Shown piece after piece: positions 55,326 through 64,000 of a DNA stretch of 64,000 nt. Position 1 is the stretch's first letter. The number at the start of each line of letters is the position of its first letter. The stretch is from positions 1 to 64,000 of the forward strand of contig JAHBXW010000003.1 of NCBI GenBank assembly GCA_019636235.1, in the 5' to 3' direction. The translations under genes and the position numbers were made by a program. The stretch comes from Planctomyces sp. Its GTDB lineage: Bacteria > Planctomycetota > Planctomycetia > Planctomycetales > Planctomycetaceae. The notes beneath the pieces were generated by a model, which was given only the letters and a program-made list of their open reading frames with translations, was not told the DNA's origin and ran no database searches.

Positions 55326-57677
55326 TCAGCCGACGCCGACGGTCGCACGCTCGATCGCAGACGGGGACGATGAGTAGTACGACTCGTAGCTGTCGTAATC
55401 GATTCCGTCGTCCTCCGACCGGCCCGTGCCGTTAGCGATGACCCCGAACCGCCGCACGCCGTAGGCGTCCAGCGTGTCCCGCGTCCGCTCGACGGCCGCC
55501 CGGGAGTTCTTCCGCAGGCGCACGACGAGCACCAGCCCATCCGTGGAGGGCGCGATGATGCACGGATCGCTGACGGCCAGAACGGGCGGCGCGTCCACCA
55601 GCACGCAGTCGAACTCCTCGCGGGCCGACTTCAAAAAGGCCCCCAGGCCGGGCGTCGACAGCAGCTCCGCCGGATTCTCGGGAATCATGCCCGCCGACAT
55701 CACCGACAGATTCGAAAGCGGCGTCGCCTTCAACGCGTTCTGCCAGTCCAGCTCGCCCAGCAGCACCTCGGACAACCCTGCTTCCTGCGAGACGCGGAAC
55801 ATCTCGTGAACCGTCGGTCGGCGCAGGTCCGCATCCACGAGCAGCACCTTGCGGCCCGATTGCGCCAGCGCCAGCGCCAGGTTGCAGATCGTCGTCGTCT
55901 TGCCGTCTCCCGGCTCGGGGCTACTGACCAGAATGACCTTCGCCTGCAGGTCCTGGGCGGCATGCATCAGCGCGGTCCGCATTGTCCGATACGCTTCCGC
56001 CTCGCGCGAGCCGGGGCGATGCGCGTAGCACAGCCGCGGATGCAGCCGGCTGCGGGACGCCATTCGCTCGAGTTCCGCTGAAGTGCGGATTTCCGGCACG
56101 GAGGCCAGCAGTTGCGAGTCCGTCAGCGAACGGACTTCGTCGAGCGTCCGCAGCGACGTATCGTACCATTCCCGGAAGTACGCCAGGCCGAACACGCAGA
56201 ACAGGCCCAGCATCGAGAACGTGCCGACGATCTTCATCAGCCGCTTCATCGACTTCTCGACGCGGACCTGGGCGATCTGCTCCAGCCGATAGCCTTCCTG
56301 ATCGCGGGTCTGCACGTAGGACGCCAGCTTGGACTGCAGGTCGTCGCGAAATTTCTTCTTGTCGGCGATGCGTTCCTTCCAGTCCTGGTCCTTCTTTTCA
56401 AGGGCCATGCCCGTCATCGCCCGCTTCATCGATTCCTCCTGCTGCGTGGCGAGGAGTTCGGCGTTGCTGGCGAGTTCGTTGAGCTGATCGTCCAGGACCT
56501 TGGCATAGATCGATGCGAGATCGACGCTGCCGCCCGCATCGGGTCCGGGCGCATCCCCGAGATTGCTCAGCACGGGGGGGGCGAAGCCGTTCTGCCGGTA
56601 CATCTCCAGGATCGCGTTCACCTGGCGGCGGACGTTGACGACGTCGTTGTGGTGCGGCCCCAGGACGTGCAGCAGCCGATGTTCGAGCAGCCGTGCGGAC
56701 AGCAGTTGCGTGTCCAGTTCGGCCTTTCCGGGGGGCGACGCCAGAATCGCGCCCCCTCCGCCGCCACCGCCTCCGCCGCCCCCTTCGCCCCCCGACGACG
56801 AGGCCGTCCCCGTCGACAGCGACCACAGCACCCACACCTGAATCGCGGACCGCGATTCCTCCCGCGCCAGCATGTCGCTGAGCGTCTTCCGTTTGGCTTC
56901 AATGGCCGTCCGTTTGAGCATGTTGTCGCGGATGGCCGCGTTGATCTTCTCCAGCTCGACGACATACGGGCTTTGACCCGGCACCGGCACGCCGGCCGCG
57001 GAAACGATCACGGGCGTCGGCAGGAACAAGGTCCCGTTCCGCCACCCGTGATAGTCGTCCTCGATGGACACGATCTCCCGTTCGACCTGCGCCAACTGCG
57101 TCGTCAGCGTGTGCGCCAGCTCCTGCGAGTTGACGTCCCGGGTGTCGTCGAGATAGGCCTTGTAGGCCTGCACGACGGCTTCGACGACCTGCCTGGCAAC
57201 GGCCTTGTCCGGGTGCAGGTAGGACAGATCGATCAGGTTGTCGAACGAGCTGTCCTGGCCGGCGGTGCGCTTGACGGTCAGCGATTCCGAGATGTCTTTG
57301 ACCGGATCGTAAGCCTTCTGAAAGGCCGGCAGCTCCTGCAGGCCGAAGTCAATGAGCGCCCGCCGGCAGATGGCGTCGCTCTTGATGAGATACACGTGCT
57401 CGCCGCGGTCGCCGTAATGCCGGGCTTCGCCGTCGTTCATCGGCAGCGAAGCCTTCTTGGACACCTTGATCTGCGTCGAGGCGTCATAAACCGGGCCCAG
57501 CCACAGGTAGGCCAGCACGCCGAGGACGACGCCGCCGGCCAGCCCGACCGCCATCGGCTTCCACAGCGCGATCGCGAACCGCGCCAGGTCGATCGACCGC
57601 TCCGACGCCGGACGGCCGATGCCCAGCGGAGCGAACTCCACATCCCCCGCGGATGAACCAGCTGCGCCTTGCTTCAC
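55326..57677 (-). CDS. Polysaccharide-export tyrosine autokinase (Wzc/GumC-like BY-kinase)
   Basis: N-terminal Wzz/chain-length region with 2 TM helices and a C-terminal P-loop kinase (SPEPGDGKTTTICNLALALAQSGRKVLLVDADLRRP; …VLVDAPPVL…). Poly-Gly insert (GGEGGGGGGGGGGGA). Proposed GTG start at 57677. Confidence 0.75.
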   Translation of the reverse strand: MKQGAAGSSAGDVEFAPLGIGRPASERSIDLARFAIALWKPMAVGLAGGVVLGVLAYLWLGPVYDASTQIKVSKKASLPMNDGEARHYGDRGEHVYLIKSDAICRRALIDFGLQELPAFQKAYDPVKDISESLTVKRTAGQDSSFDNLIDLSYLHPDKAVARQVVEAVVQAYKAYLDDTRDVNSQELAHTLTTQLAQVEREIVSIEDDYHGWRNGTLFLPTPVIVSAAGVPVPGQSPYVVELEKINAAIRDNMLKRTAIEAKRKTLSDMLAREESRSAIQVWVLWSLSTGTASSSGGEGGGGGGGGGGGAILASPPGKAELDTQLLSARLLEHRLLHVLGPHHNDVVNVRRQVNAILEMYRQNGFAPPVLSNLGDAPGPDAGGSVDLASIYAKVLDDQLNELASNAELLATQQEESMKRAMTGMALEKKDQDWKERIADKKKFRDDLQSKLASYVQTRDQEGYRLEQIAQVRVEKSMKRLMKIVGTFSMLGLFCVFGLAYFREWYDTSLRTLDEVRSLTDSQLLASVPEIRTSAELERMASRSRLHPRLCYAHRPGSREAEAYRTMRTALMHAAQDLQAKVILVSSPEPGDGKTTTICNLALALAQSGRKVLLVDADLRRPTVHEMFRVSQEAGLSEVLLGELDWQNALKATPLSNLSVMSAGMIPENPAELLSTPGLGAFLKSAREEFDCVLVDAPPVLAVSDPCIIAPSTDGLVLVVRLRKNSRAAVERTRDTLDAYGVRRFGVIANGTGRSEDDGIDYDSYESYYSSSPSAIERATVGVG

Positions 57678-57723
57678 GACAACCTCTGGGTCGAATGGGG
57701 CAGGAGGCCCTGCCAGTGTCCCT

Positions 57724-58686
57724 TCAGACGAACGTCGCGGCGCCGCGCCGCTCGCCGGCCGCCACGTAATAATCCACCGTCTCCGCCAGCGCCGCCTCGA
57801 AATCGACCGCCGGCCGATATCCCAGATCCCGCTCCGCCGCGGAAATGTCGGCCGCGGAATGCAGCACGTCCCCGGCGCGCGCCGGCAGGTATTCCGGATC
57901 GAACGGCACGTCCATCCGCTCACAGATCCGCCGCAGCAGTTCGTTCACCGTGATCGAATGCCCGCTGCCGATGTTGTACACGTTGCCCGCAGCCCCCTTG
58001 GCGACAGCCGCCAGCAGGTTGGCCTCCGCGACGTTGTGCACCGAAACGAAGTCTCGCGATTGCTCCCCCGTCCCATAGATCCGCGGCCGCTTTCCCGCTG
58101 CCAGCGCGGATGCGAACAGGGGAATCACGGCCGAGTACGGACTGCCGGGATCCTGCCGTGGACCGAATACGTTGAAATAACGCAGGCGGACCGTCTCCAG
58201 GCCATACGAATGGGCGAACGATTCGGCATACAGCTCCCCGGCCAGCTTCGCCGCCGCATAGGGGGACAGCACGCTGGGCCGCTGGGACTCGCTCTTCAGC
58301 GGTTCGGGGGAATCGCCATAGGCGCTGCTGGACGCCGCGTAGACGAACCGGAGGATGCCCGCCCGGCGGCTGGCGTCGAGCAGATTCAGCGTGCCCGTCG
58401 CGCACACGCGATGCACGTCGATCGGGCGTTCAATGCTCAGCGGCACGGAGGCCAGGGCCGCCTGGTGGAACACGACCTCGACGCCGTCGACCGCGCGGGC
58501 CGCCGTCAGCGGGCGGGTGATGTCCCCCTCGAAGAACTCGACCCGGCCCGCGACGTCGAGCAAGTTCGACAACGAACCCGTGGAGAGATTATCGAGGACG
58601 CGCACCTTCCAGCCCCGCGCGACGAGTCGATGCACGAGGTGCGAACCGATGAATCCGGCGCCCCCGGTCACGAGGCAGCGTGTCAT
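57724..58686 (-). CDS. NAD-dependent nucleotide-sugar epimerase/dehydratase (SDR family)
   Basis: Rossmann [11 protein letters not shown], catalytic YAAAK, and the usual extended-SDR layout. Confidence 0.85.
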   Translation of the reverse strand: MTRCLVTGGAGFIGSHLVHRLVARGWKVRVLDNLSTGSLSNLLDVAGRVEFFEGDITRPLTAARAVDGVEVVFHQAALASVPLSIERPIDVHRVCATGTLNLLDASRRAGILRFVYAASSSAYGDSPEPLKSESQRPSVLSPYAAAKLAGELYAESFAHSYGLETVRLRYFNVFGPRQDPGSPYSAVIPLFASALAAGKRPRIYGTGEQSRDFVSVHNVAEANLLAAVAKGAAGNVYNIGSGHSITVNELLRRICERMDVPFDPEYLPARAGDVLHSAADISAAERDLGYRPAVDFEAALAETVDYYVAAGERRGAATFV

Positions 58687-58997
58687 GATGGACCTCTTCG
58701 ACGGATGCGCGATCTCCCAGGCGAGAACGCCGCGAAAATGCCTGCGGCACTAGCGTAGCCCTGAATCAGCGGTGCTGCCGGGACGCCACATTCGGCACTG
58801 TGCAATTGCCGGTGGCGATGCGACAACGCGACAGTCTGGTCGCGTGCAATCGTTACAACCCCCACAGAATTCCGGCGGTCCAACGCGTCCGCGCTCACCA
58901 GCGACGGCGGAGAAATCCGCCCTGATCTGGAGGCTCATCGAACATCGTGGCAGGTCGGCGACCACAAACTGATCGCTGTTCGATCACTCAGCGCATG

Positions 58998-59025
58998 AAA
59001 AAACCCGCTCCTGGAAGGGAGCGGG
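58998..59025 (-). terminator. Rho-independent terminator (minus-strand transcript)
   Basis: Perfect 8-bp stem CCCGCTCC/GGAGCGGG with loop TGGAAG, preceded on the plus strand by A6 (a U-run on the minus transcript). Confidence 0.55.
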
Positions 59026-59452
59026 TCGTCCGTGCCTGAGGGTTCTAATGAAAGCCGCCGGCAAATGGGACGAAGCCCCGGGATCGGCACGGTATGAAAG
59101 AGGGAATGAACCGTCTGCGATCTTAGGGTACGCAAGACGGATGCCAAGCCCGAAATCGGCATTTCCGGCGAGAAACTGATGCTGTTCTCGACCTCGATCG
59201 CTCTGGAATGCAGCAACTGATCTCTTGCGCCACAGTGACTTTGCTGCAACGTGCCTCAAATCCAAGCCGGCTTGCGCGTCGCGCGGCGAGCCGGTTTCGG
59301 GGTCGTCGGCGCGGGCGCCGGTCGAGCCGATCGACCACCGTCAAGATTCTGCCAGCGAGGCGCGCGCGCTGGCACGCCGAGTGCATCCGCTACTCTGACG
59401 CATGAGCAAGATTTCGGCCCGCACTTGCTCTGCGTGGGAGACGCCGTCGGAG

Positions 59453-60289
59453 TCAATCTGGCGGCGTCTCTCCTTGTTTTTGCAGACTGCTTTTCCGGGC
59501 CACGAACGGCCGCGTCGAACTGTATCGCTCCCGTTCCTTTGCTTCGGCGTCCCGAACCTCTTCCGGCCTCCATGCTCCGGGCGCCCAGGCCAGCGACAGC
59601 GCGCTGGCAATCACTCCCCCCAGTCGCGATTCGAGTCCGTCCAGCCTCTGCGCGGCTTCCGGCGCCAGGTCCCATAGCCCGGGAAACTCCCGCGCCCAGT
59701 CGGATCGCGACAGCAGCAACGCGCCGTGCTGCAATACCGCGCCCTTCCGACGCCGCTGAGCGCTCCCGACGATCTTGGAACCGGCCAGCACGATGTCCCG
59801 GGGATCGCCGCGCCCGAAGCACAGGAACGGCTGCGCTCCGGTCAGCGATGTCCCCCGCAAACGCGCGGGAATCCCCCAGGCGTTCAGTTCGGCGACGATC
59901 GCCGCATGCACGGCGTCATACAGCAGCCCCGGCTCGCTGGCGAACGGCGCCTCCGCGGGACAGACGACCGAATAGGTGACCTCCCGGTCGTGCAGCAGCG
60001 CGCCGCCTCCTGACAGCCGACGAACCTGCGGCAAGCCGCCGAACCGCTCCCCGAGCGTCGGATCGTCCTCCGCCTGAAAGTAGCCCAGCGAAACCGTCGG
60101 CTCGCGCCAGCGGTAGATCCGCAGCGTAGCTGGGCCGCCAGCAATCACCGATTCGAGCAGCGTCTCGTCCCGCGCCATGTTGAGCGCGCCGGACAGCGGC
60201 CGCGGTTCGAGGATCAAGCGCAGCGCGGACAGCCGTTGAAAGCCCGGCTCGAATGGCGGTGTGGCGGGAGTGGAGGCGGGAGCGGTCAT
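59453..60289 (-). CDS. Lipoate-protein ligase/octanoyltransferase-like protein (BPL/LplA/LipB catalytic domain)
   Basis: Pattern …ARDETLLES…TLRIYRWREPTVSLGYFQ…RRLSGGGALLHD.EVTYSVV…GSKIVGSAQRR… typical of the lipoyl/octanoyl transferase fold. Start trimmed to MTAPAST at 60289. Confidence 0.65.
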   Translation of the reverse strand: MTAPASTPATPPFEPGFQRLSALRLILEPRPLSGALNMARDETLLESVIAGGPATLRIYRWREPTVSLGYFQAEDDPTLGERFGGLPQVRRLSGGGALLHDREVTYSVVCPAEAPFASEPGLLYDAVHAAIVAELNAWGIPARLRGTSLTGAQPFLCFGRGDPRDIVLAGSKIVGSAQRRRKGAVLQHGALLLSRSDWAREFPGLWDLAPEAAQRLDGLESRLGGVIASALSLAWAPGAWRPEEVRDAEAKERERYSSTRPFVARKSSLQKQGETPPD

Positions 60290-60515
60290 CGGCGGACGAA
60301 TCGCGGCGGAGGCCGCGGAATGCAGGTGGAGCTGGTGGCGGCGAGAGGCGATGGCCGGTGTGCGTCGCCGCGTGTTTGACCCTCCCGCGGCGTTCGGGTT
60401 AACTGTGAGGCACGAAATCCATCCCGGCTGCAACTACTCCTCGGCCGACGCGCCGCGACCGGCGGTTGCGGCCTTCCAGCGCCTCTCATTCGAACGACTC
60501 CGGGGAGCAGACGCG

Positions 60516-62498
60516 ATGATGAAGCCGCCCGCCGGCGATGCGCACTCTCCATCCGAGGCCGATTCCTCCGGCCAGCCCGCGACGCTGCACATCGGCGCCC
60601 CGGCGATGCCTCCCTGGAACGTCGACGAACTGCCCCCGCCGCCCCGCCTGTCCTGGCGGCACGCCTTCGCCCTGATCGGCCCCAGCATCATCGCCGGCGG
60701 CGCGGCGATCGGCGGCGGCGAATGGCTGATGGGCCCCGCAGTCACCGCCCGCTACGGCGCCGCCCTGATGTGGCTGGCGACGATCAGCATCCTCGGGCAG
60801 ATGGTCTACAACATCGAGATCAGCCGCTACACGCTGTACAGCGGCGAGCCCATCATGAACGGCAAGTTCCGGACGCTGCCCGGACCGGCCGTCTGGCTGT
60901 GGCTGTACGTGCTGGTCGACTTCGCGGCCATCTTCCCGTATCTGGCGTCGAACGCGGCGACGCCGCTGGCCGTGATTTTCCTGCAGCGGATGCCCGACTC
61001 GTCGAATCCGGACGACCAGTGGACGATCCGGCTGCTGGGGTACGCGGTCTTCCTGATCTGCTTTCTGCCGATGCTGTTCGGCGGCAAGGTGTACCGCTCG
61101 CTGCGGGCGTTGATGACGTTCAAAATCATTGTCGTGCTGGGCTTCCTGCTGGTTCTCGCGCTGTTTTATTCGAGCGCCTCGACCTGGAAGGACATCCTGA
61201 CCGGCTTCGTGCAGTTCGGGACGATCCCCACGCGGGCGGCCGAGGATCGCAATGGGAACGGCGTCCTCGACCCGGACGAAACGGACTGGGACGGCGACGG
61301 CCACCCGGATGTCATCGAGCCGGCGCTCGTGTTCATCAAGGACTCCACCGGCGCCGTACGGGGCATCGACGTCGCCGGGAACGGCCAGCCGGACGCGTTC
61401 GTGACCATCTCGGTCGGCCCCGACGGGCAGACCTCCACCTGGCCGGACCTGGATGGCGACGGCCTGCCCGACCCCGTTGTCGAGGTCCGCGGGCAGAAGG
61501 GGGAATCGGTGACCGTCCGCCTGCCGGAAGGGGACGCGCCCGGCCCGCGGTTCGTCCTCAAGGGGCCTGCCTCCGGATTTGTCGACGTCGACGGCGATGG
61601 CGTGCGCGACGGCGATTCCGTCGTCAACGTGTTTGCTTCGATCGCCCGGGGCGACGGCATCCCGCCCATCGACCTGAGCATGATCGCCCTTCTGGCGGCG
61701 TTCGCCGCGATCGCCGGAAACGGCGGCCTGACGAACACGCCCATCAGCAACTTCACCCGTGACCAGGGCTGGGGCATGGGCTCGCATGTGGGGGCGATTC
61801 CCAGCATGGTCGGCGGAATGAACGTCGAGTTGTCGCACGTGGGCTCGGTGTTCATCCCGGATGAGAAGTCGCTGCCGCGCTGGAAGGGTTGGCTGCGGCA
61901 TGTCCGCCGCGACCAGATGTGCGTGTGGATGCCGGCCTGCTTTGTGGGGGTCGCGCTGCCCAGCATGCTGTCGCTGGTGTTTCTGCGGCGGGGGACCGAG
62001 GCCGACGAATGGACGGCCGCGACGATGACGTCGCAGAAGGTCTACGACGCCGTGCTGGCTGACGCCCCGCGGCTGGCCGGATTCTGCTGGTTCATGACGC
62101 TGTTCTGCGGCTGCCTGGTGCTCTCGACGGCGATGGCCGCGATGATCGACGGGTTCGTCCGCCGCTGGGTGGACGTGTTCTGGACGGGCAGCCCCCGGCT
62201 GCGAAAGCTGGAGACCGACAAGATCAAATACGTCTATTTCGCCGTGCTGTGCGCGTACTGCGCCTGCGGTCTGGTGATGCTGTCGATGGCCAAGCCGCTG
62301 ACGCTGGTGAAGCTGGCGACGAACGTGATGAACTTCGCGCTGGGAATCAGCTGCTTTCATACGATTTACGTGAACAATTCTCTGTTGCCGCGGGCGCTGC
62401 GGCCCGGTTTGCTGATCAGCGTGCTGCTCGGGCTGGCGGGCGTGTTTTTCCTGATCCTGGCGGTGCTGGCGCTGCTGCAGATGCTGGGGGCGATCTGA
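60516..62498 (+). CDS. Nramp-related divalent-metal transporter-like membrane protein with a large Asp-rich (DxDxDG-type) extracytoplasmic insert
   Basis: N-terminal region GPSIIAGGAAIGGGEWLMGPAVTARYGAALMW resembles the Nramp/MntH consensus. A roughly 200-aa insert carries repeated D-x-D-G-D-G motifs (DPDETDWDGDGHPD, DLDGDGLPD, DVDGDGVRDGD). Confidence 0.55.
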   Translation: MMKPPAGDAHSPSEADSSGQPATLHIGAPAMPPWNVDELPPPPRLSWRHAFALIGPSIIAGGAAIGGGEWLMGPAVTARYGAALMWLATISILGQMVYNIEISRYTLYSGEPIMNGKFRTLPGPAVWLWLYVLVDFAAIFPYLASNAATPLAVIFLQRMPDSSNPDDQWTIRLLGYAVFLICFLPMLFGGKVYRSLRALMTFKIIVVLGFLLVLALFYSSASTWKDILTGFVQFGTIPTRAAEDRNGNGVLDPDETDWDGDGHPDVIEPALVFIKDSTGAVRGIDVAGNGQPDAFVTISVGPDGQTSTWPDLDGDGLPDPVVEVRGQKGESVTVRLPEGDAPGPRFVLKGPASGFVDVDGDGVRDGDSVVNVFASIARGDGIPPIDLSMIALLAAFAAIAGNGGLTNTPISNFTRDQGWGMGSHVGAIPSMVGGMNVELSHVGSVFIPDEKSLPRWKGWLRHVRRDQMCVWMPACFVGVALPSMLSLVFLRRGTEADEWTAATMTSQKVYDAVLADAPRLAGFCWFMTLFCGCLVLSTAMAAMIDGFVRRWVDVFWTGSPRLRKLETDKIKYVYFAVLCAYCACGLVMLSMAKPLTLVKLATNVMNFALGISCFHTIYVNNSLLPRALRPGLLISVLLGLAGVFFLILAVLALLQMLGAI

Positions 62499-62630
62499 GG
62501 TCGGGGATCGGCGCGGCGGCAGGCGATCGGCGGTCGCGGCATTGAATCCGCTTTCTCCGGCGCGCATTCTTCGCATCAGTCCCCGGAGCCGGCAGGCTCC
62601 CGTTGCCGTCCTCAGGAAGGTTTTGTGTCC

Positions 62631-63731
62631 ATGTCCGTCCGTTACGCGATCATCGGCGCCGGCGCCGTCTCCGATTACCACCACGTGCCGGGCATCCGGC
62701 TGGACCCGCGGTCGTCGGTTGTCGCCGTCTGCGATCCCAACGAGGAGCTGCTGGCGAAGCGCCGCGATCAGTGGGGCGTTGCGAAGACGACGACGAACTA
62801 CGAGGAGATCGCCGCCGATCCCGACGTCGACGCCGTGATCATCGCCACGCCTAACGACACGCATCGGCCGATCGCCCTGGCCTGCATCGCCGGCGGCAAG
62901 CACGTGATGTGCGAAAAGCCGCTGGGGCTGAACTTCTCCGAATCCAAGGAGATGTACCGCGCGGCCCGGGATCGGAACGTCAAGCACATGACCGCCTTCA
63001 CGTACCGGTTCGCGCCGTCGATGCGCTACCTGAGACATCTCGTTAAGAGCGGCCAGCTCGGCGAACTGCGGCACTTCCGGTCGCAGCGGTTCCTGGACTG
63101 GCCGGAGACGAGCTGGGGCTGGCGGCAGTACAAGAAGACGGCCGGCGGCGGCGACCTGTTCGACATGACGATCCACCGCATCGATTTTGCGATGGACCTG
63201 ATGGGGCCGCTGTCGAACCTGTGCGGGGCGGTGGCGACGTTCTGCCCGCGCGACCGGACGGCGGACGGACGCTCCTGCCCCCCTTCGGAGGTCGATGACT
63301 GGTCGGCCCTGATCGGCCGGTTCGAGAGCGGAGCCGTCGGCGTCTGGGAGGGCAGCACCGTCATGAAGGGCTACCACAACGACGGCTTCGGCCACGAGTG
63401 GGCCGAGGTCAACGGCACGCTGGGCTCGGCCGTGTACCGGCTCCAGGATCCCAACAACATCCTCCTCGGGCAGTCGGGGCACTCGCTGCAGGCGACGCCC
63501 GTGCCGGAGGAGTTCCTGAAGTGGCCGGGCAGCCCCCGCAATCCGCACGAAGGCGTGGCCAGCACCGTGTTCCGATACGACCTCGTGTTCGAGCTGACGT
63601 CGGCGATCCTCGAGGATCGGCCGGCCGTGCCGGGGTTCGACGACGGCGCCCGGGCGCAGGCCGTCGCCGACGCGGTTCTGGCCTCCAGCGACAGCCGGAC
63701 CTGGATCGACCTGGATCTGAACGTCGACTGA
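62631..63731 (+). CDS. Gfo/Idh/MocA-family NAD(P)-dependent oxidoreductase
   Basis: Rossmann N-terminus (YAIIGAGAVSDYHHVPGI…) with the EKPL motif (HVMCEKPLGLNFSESKEMYRAARD). AAGG RBS upstream of the ATG at 62631. Confidence 0.85.
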   Translation: MSVRYAIIGAGAVSDYHHVPGIRLDPRSSVVAVCDPNEELLAKRRDQWGVAKTTTNYEEIAADPDVDAVIIATPNDTHRPIALACIAGGKHVMCEKPLGLNFSESKEMYRAARDRNVKHMTAFTYRFAPSMRYLRHLVKSGQLGELRHFRSQRFLDWPETSWGWRQYKKTAGGGDLFDMTIHRIDFAMDLMGPLSNLCGAVATFCPRDRTADGRSCPPSEVDDWSALIGRFESGAVGVWEGSTVMKGYHNDGFGHEWAEVNGTLGSAVYRLQDPNNILLGQSGHSLQATPVPEEFLKWPGSPRNPHEGVASTVFRYDLVFELTSAILEDRPAVPGFDDGARAQAVADAVLASSDSRTWIDLDLNVD

Positions 63732-63938
63732 CGCCGACCGGACGCCGCGATCCTTGCGGCGGCGGCGGGCGGTTGGGATATGATGCGGCCAGTCGCTTCC
63801 GTTGAGGGAATGGCCGGTCCGGGCAGATTCCCGCGCGGCGTCGGCTGATCTCTGGATCTCGCGGGCGGGCCTCGTGCCCACGCGGCGAAATGCGATCGGG
63901 GAACAGTCGCGAACGGCAACGCGGCGATCGGAGACAGT

Positions 63939-64000
63939 CATGCTTGTGCGGATGGAATTGGCGCGGATCATCATCAGCGAGATCAACGACCAGCAGATCG
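63939..64000 (+). CDS. Partial ORF at the window edge (MLVRMELARIIISEINDQQI…), function unknown
   Basis: ATG-initiated, truncated by the window end. Too short to assign. Confidence 0.25.

Noticed and set aside
58984-59386. Small minus-strand ORFs (93, 104 and 87 aa) in the intergenic region
   Set aside because: They overlap one another and the strong terminator hairpin, have no RBS-like sequences, and are compositionally odd.
59030-59450. RNase P RNA, tmRNA or SRP RNA in the ORF-free stretch
   Set aside because: None of the universally conserved boxes are present on either strand (GGAAAGUCCGG / AGGGUGAAA for RNase P; tRNA-like ends for tmRNA; the SRP GGAA tetraloop helix). Kept only as a generic ncRNA candidate.
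60486-63986. 1166-aa minus-strand ORF spanning two plus-strand genes
   Set aside because: It crosses the intergenic gap between the Nramp-like and Gfo/Idh/MocA genes. Its product is extremely R/G/H/D/Q-rich; it is a high-GC artefact.
1-64000. CRISPR arrays or cas genes
   Set aside because: No regularly spaced direct repeats were found. The only tandem repeats are coding (the 12-bp RPGD repeats and poly-Gly codon runs).

Overview
The window is a 64-kb high-GC (about 67-70%) bacterial chromosomal segment whose gene content points strongly to Planctomycetota. Markers include a DUF1559 prepilin-like protein with the GFTLIELLVVIAII N-terminus, a DUF1549/DUF1553 + DUF1501 pair, a PSCyt-type protein, and many Tat or signal-peptide proteins. 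I annotated everything by eye from the ORF track and the raw sequence; no similarity search was run, so family names rest on recognised motifs.

Gene content in order:
- Housekeeping: carA, gltA, purE-purK, rlmH and pth.
- Sulfate ABC transporter operon sbp-cysT-cysW-cysA-yezD on the minus strand, with an Rrf2 regulator nearby.
- A roughly 9.7-kb seven-gene signal-transduction operon on the plus strand: 2x REC-HDOD, a small Cys-motif protein, two sensor kinases, a REC-only regulator and a hybrid kinase. It is divergent from a REC + HD-GYP gene.
- A minus-strand array of six tRNA genes. My hand-folding gives non-canonical features in four of them.
- An IS110-family element immediately upstream of the array.
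- An NTF2-like gene translationally coupled to a secreted Gly/Pro/Arg-rich protein with a tandem-repeat, aromatic-rich region.
- An unrecognised 1347-aa cytoplasmic protein next to a secreted beta-helix protein.
- A Wzc-like BY-kinase plus epimerase polysaccharide module.
- An Nramp-like transporter with an Asp-rich insert.

Many long overlapping antisense ORFs in the six-frame track are high-GC artefacts and were rejected. Because of the high GC content, start codons are often uncertain by tens of codons.
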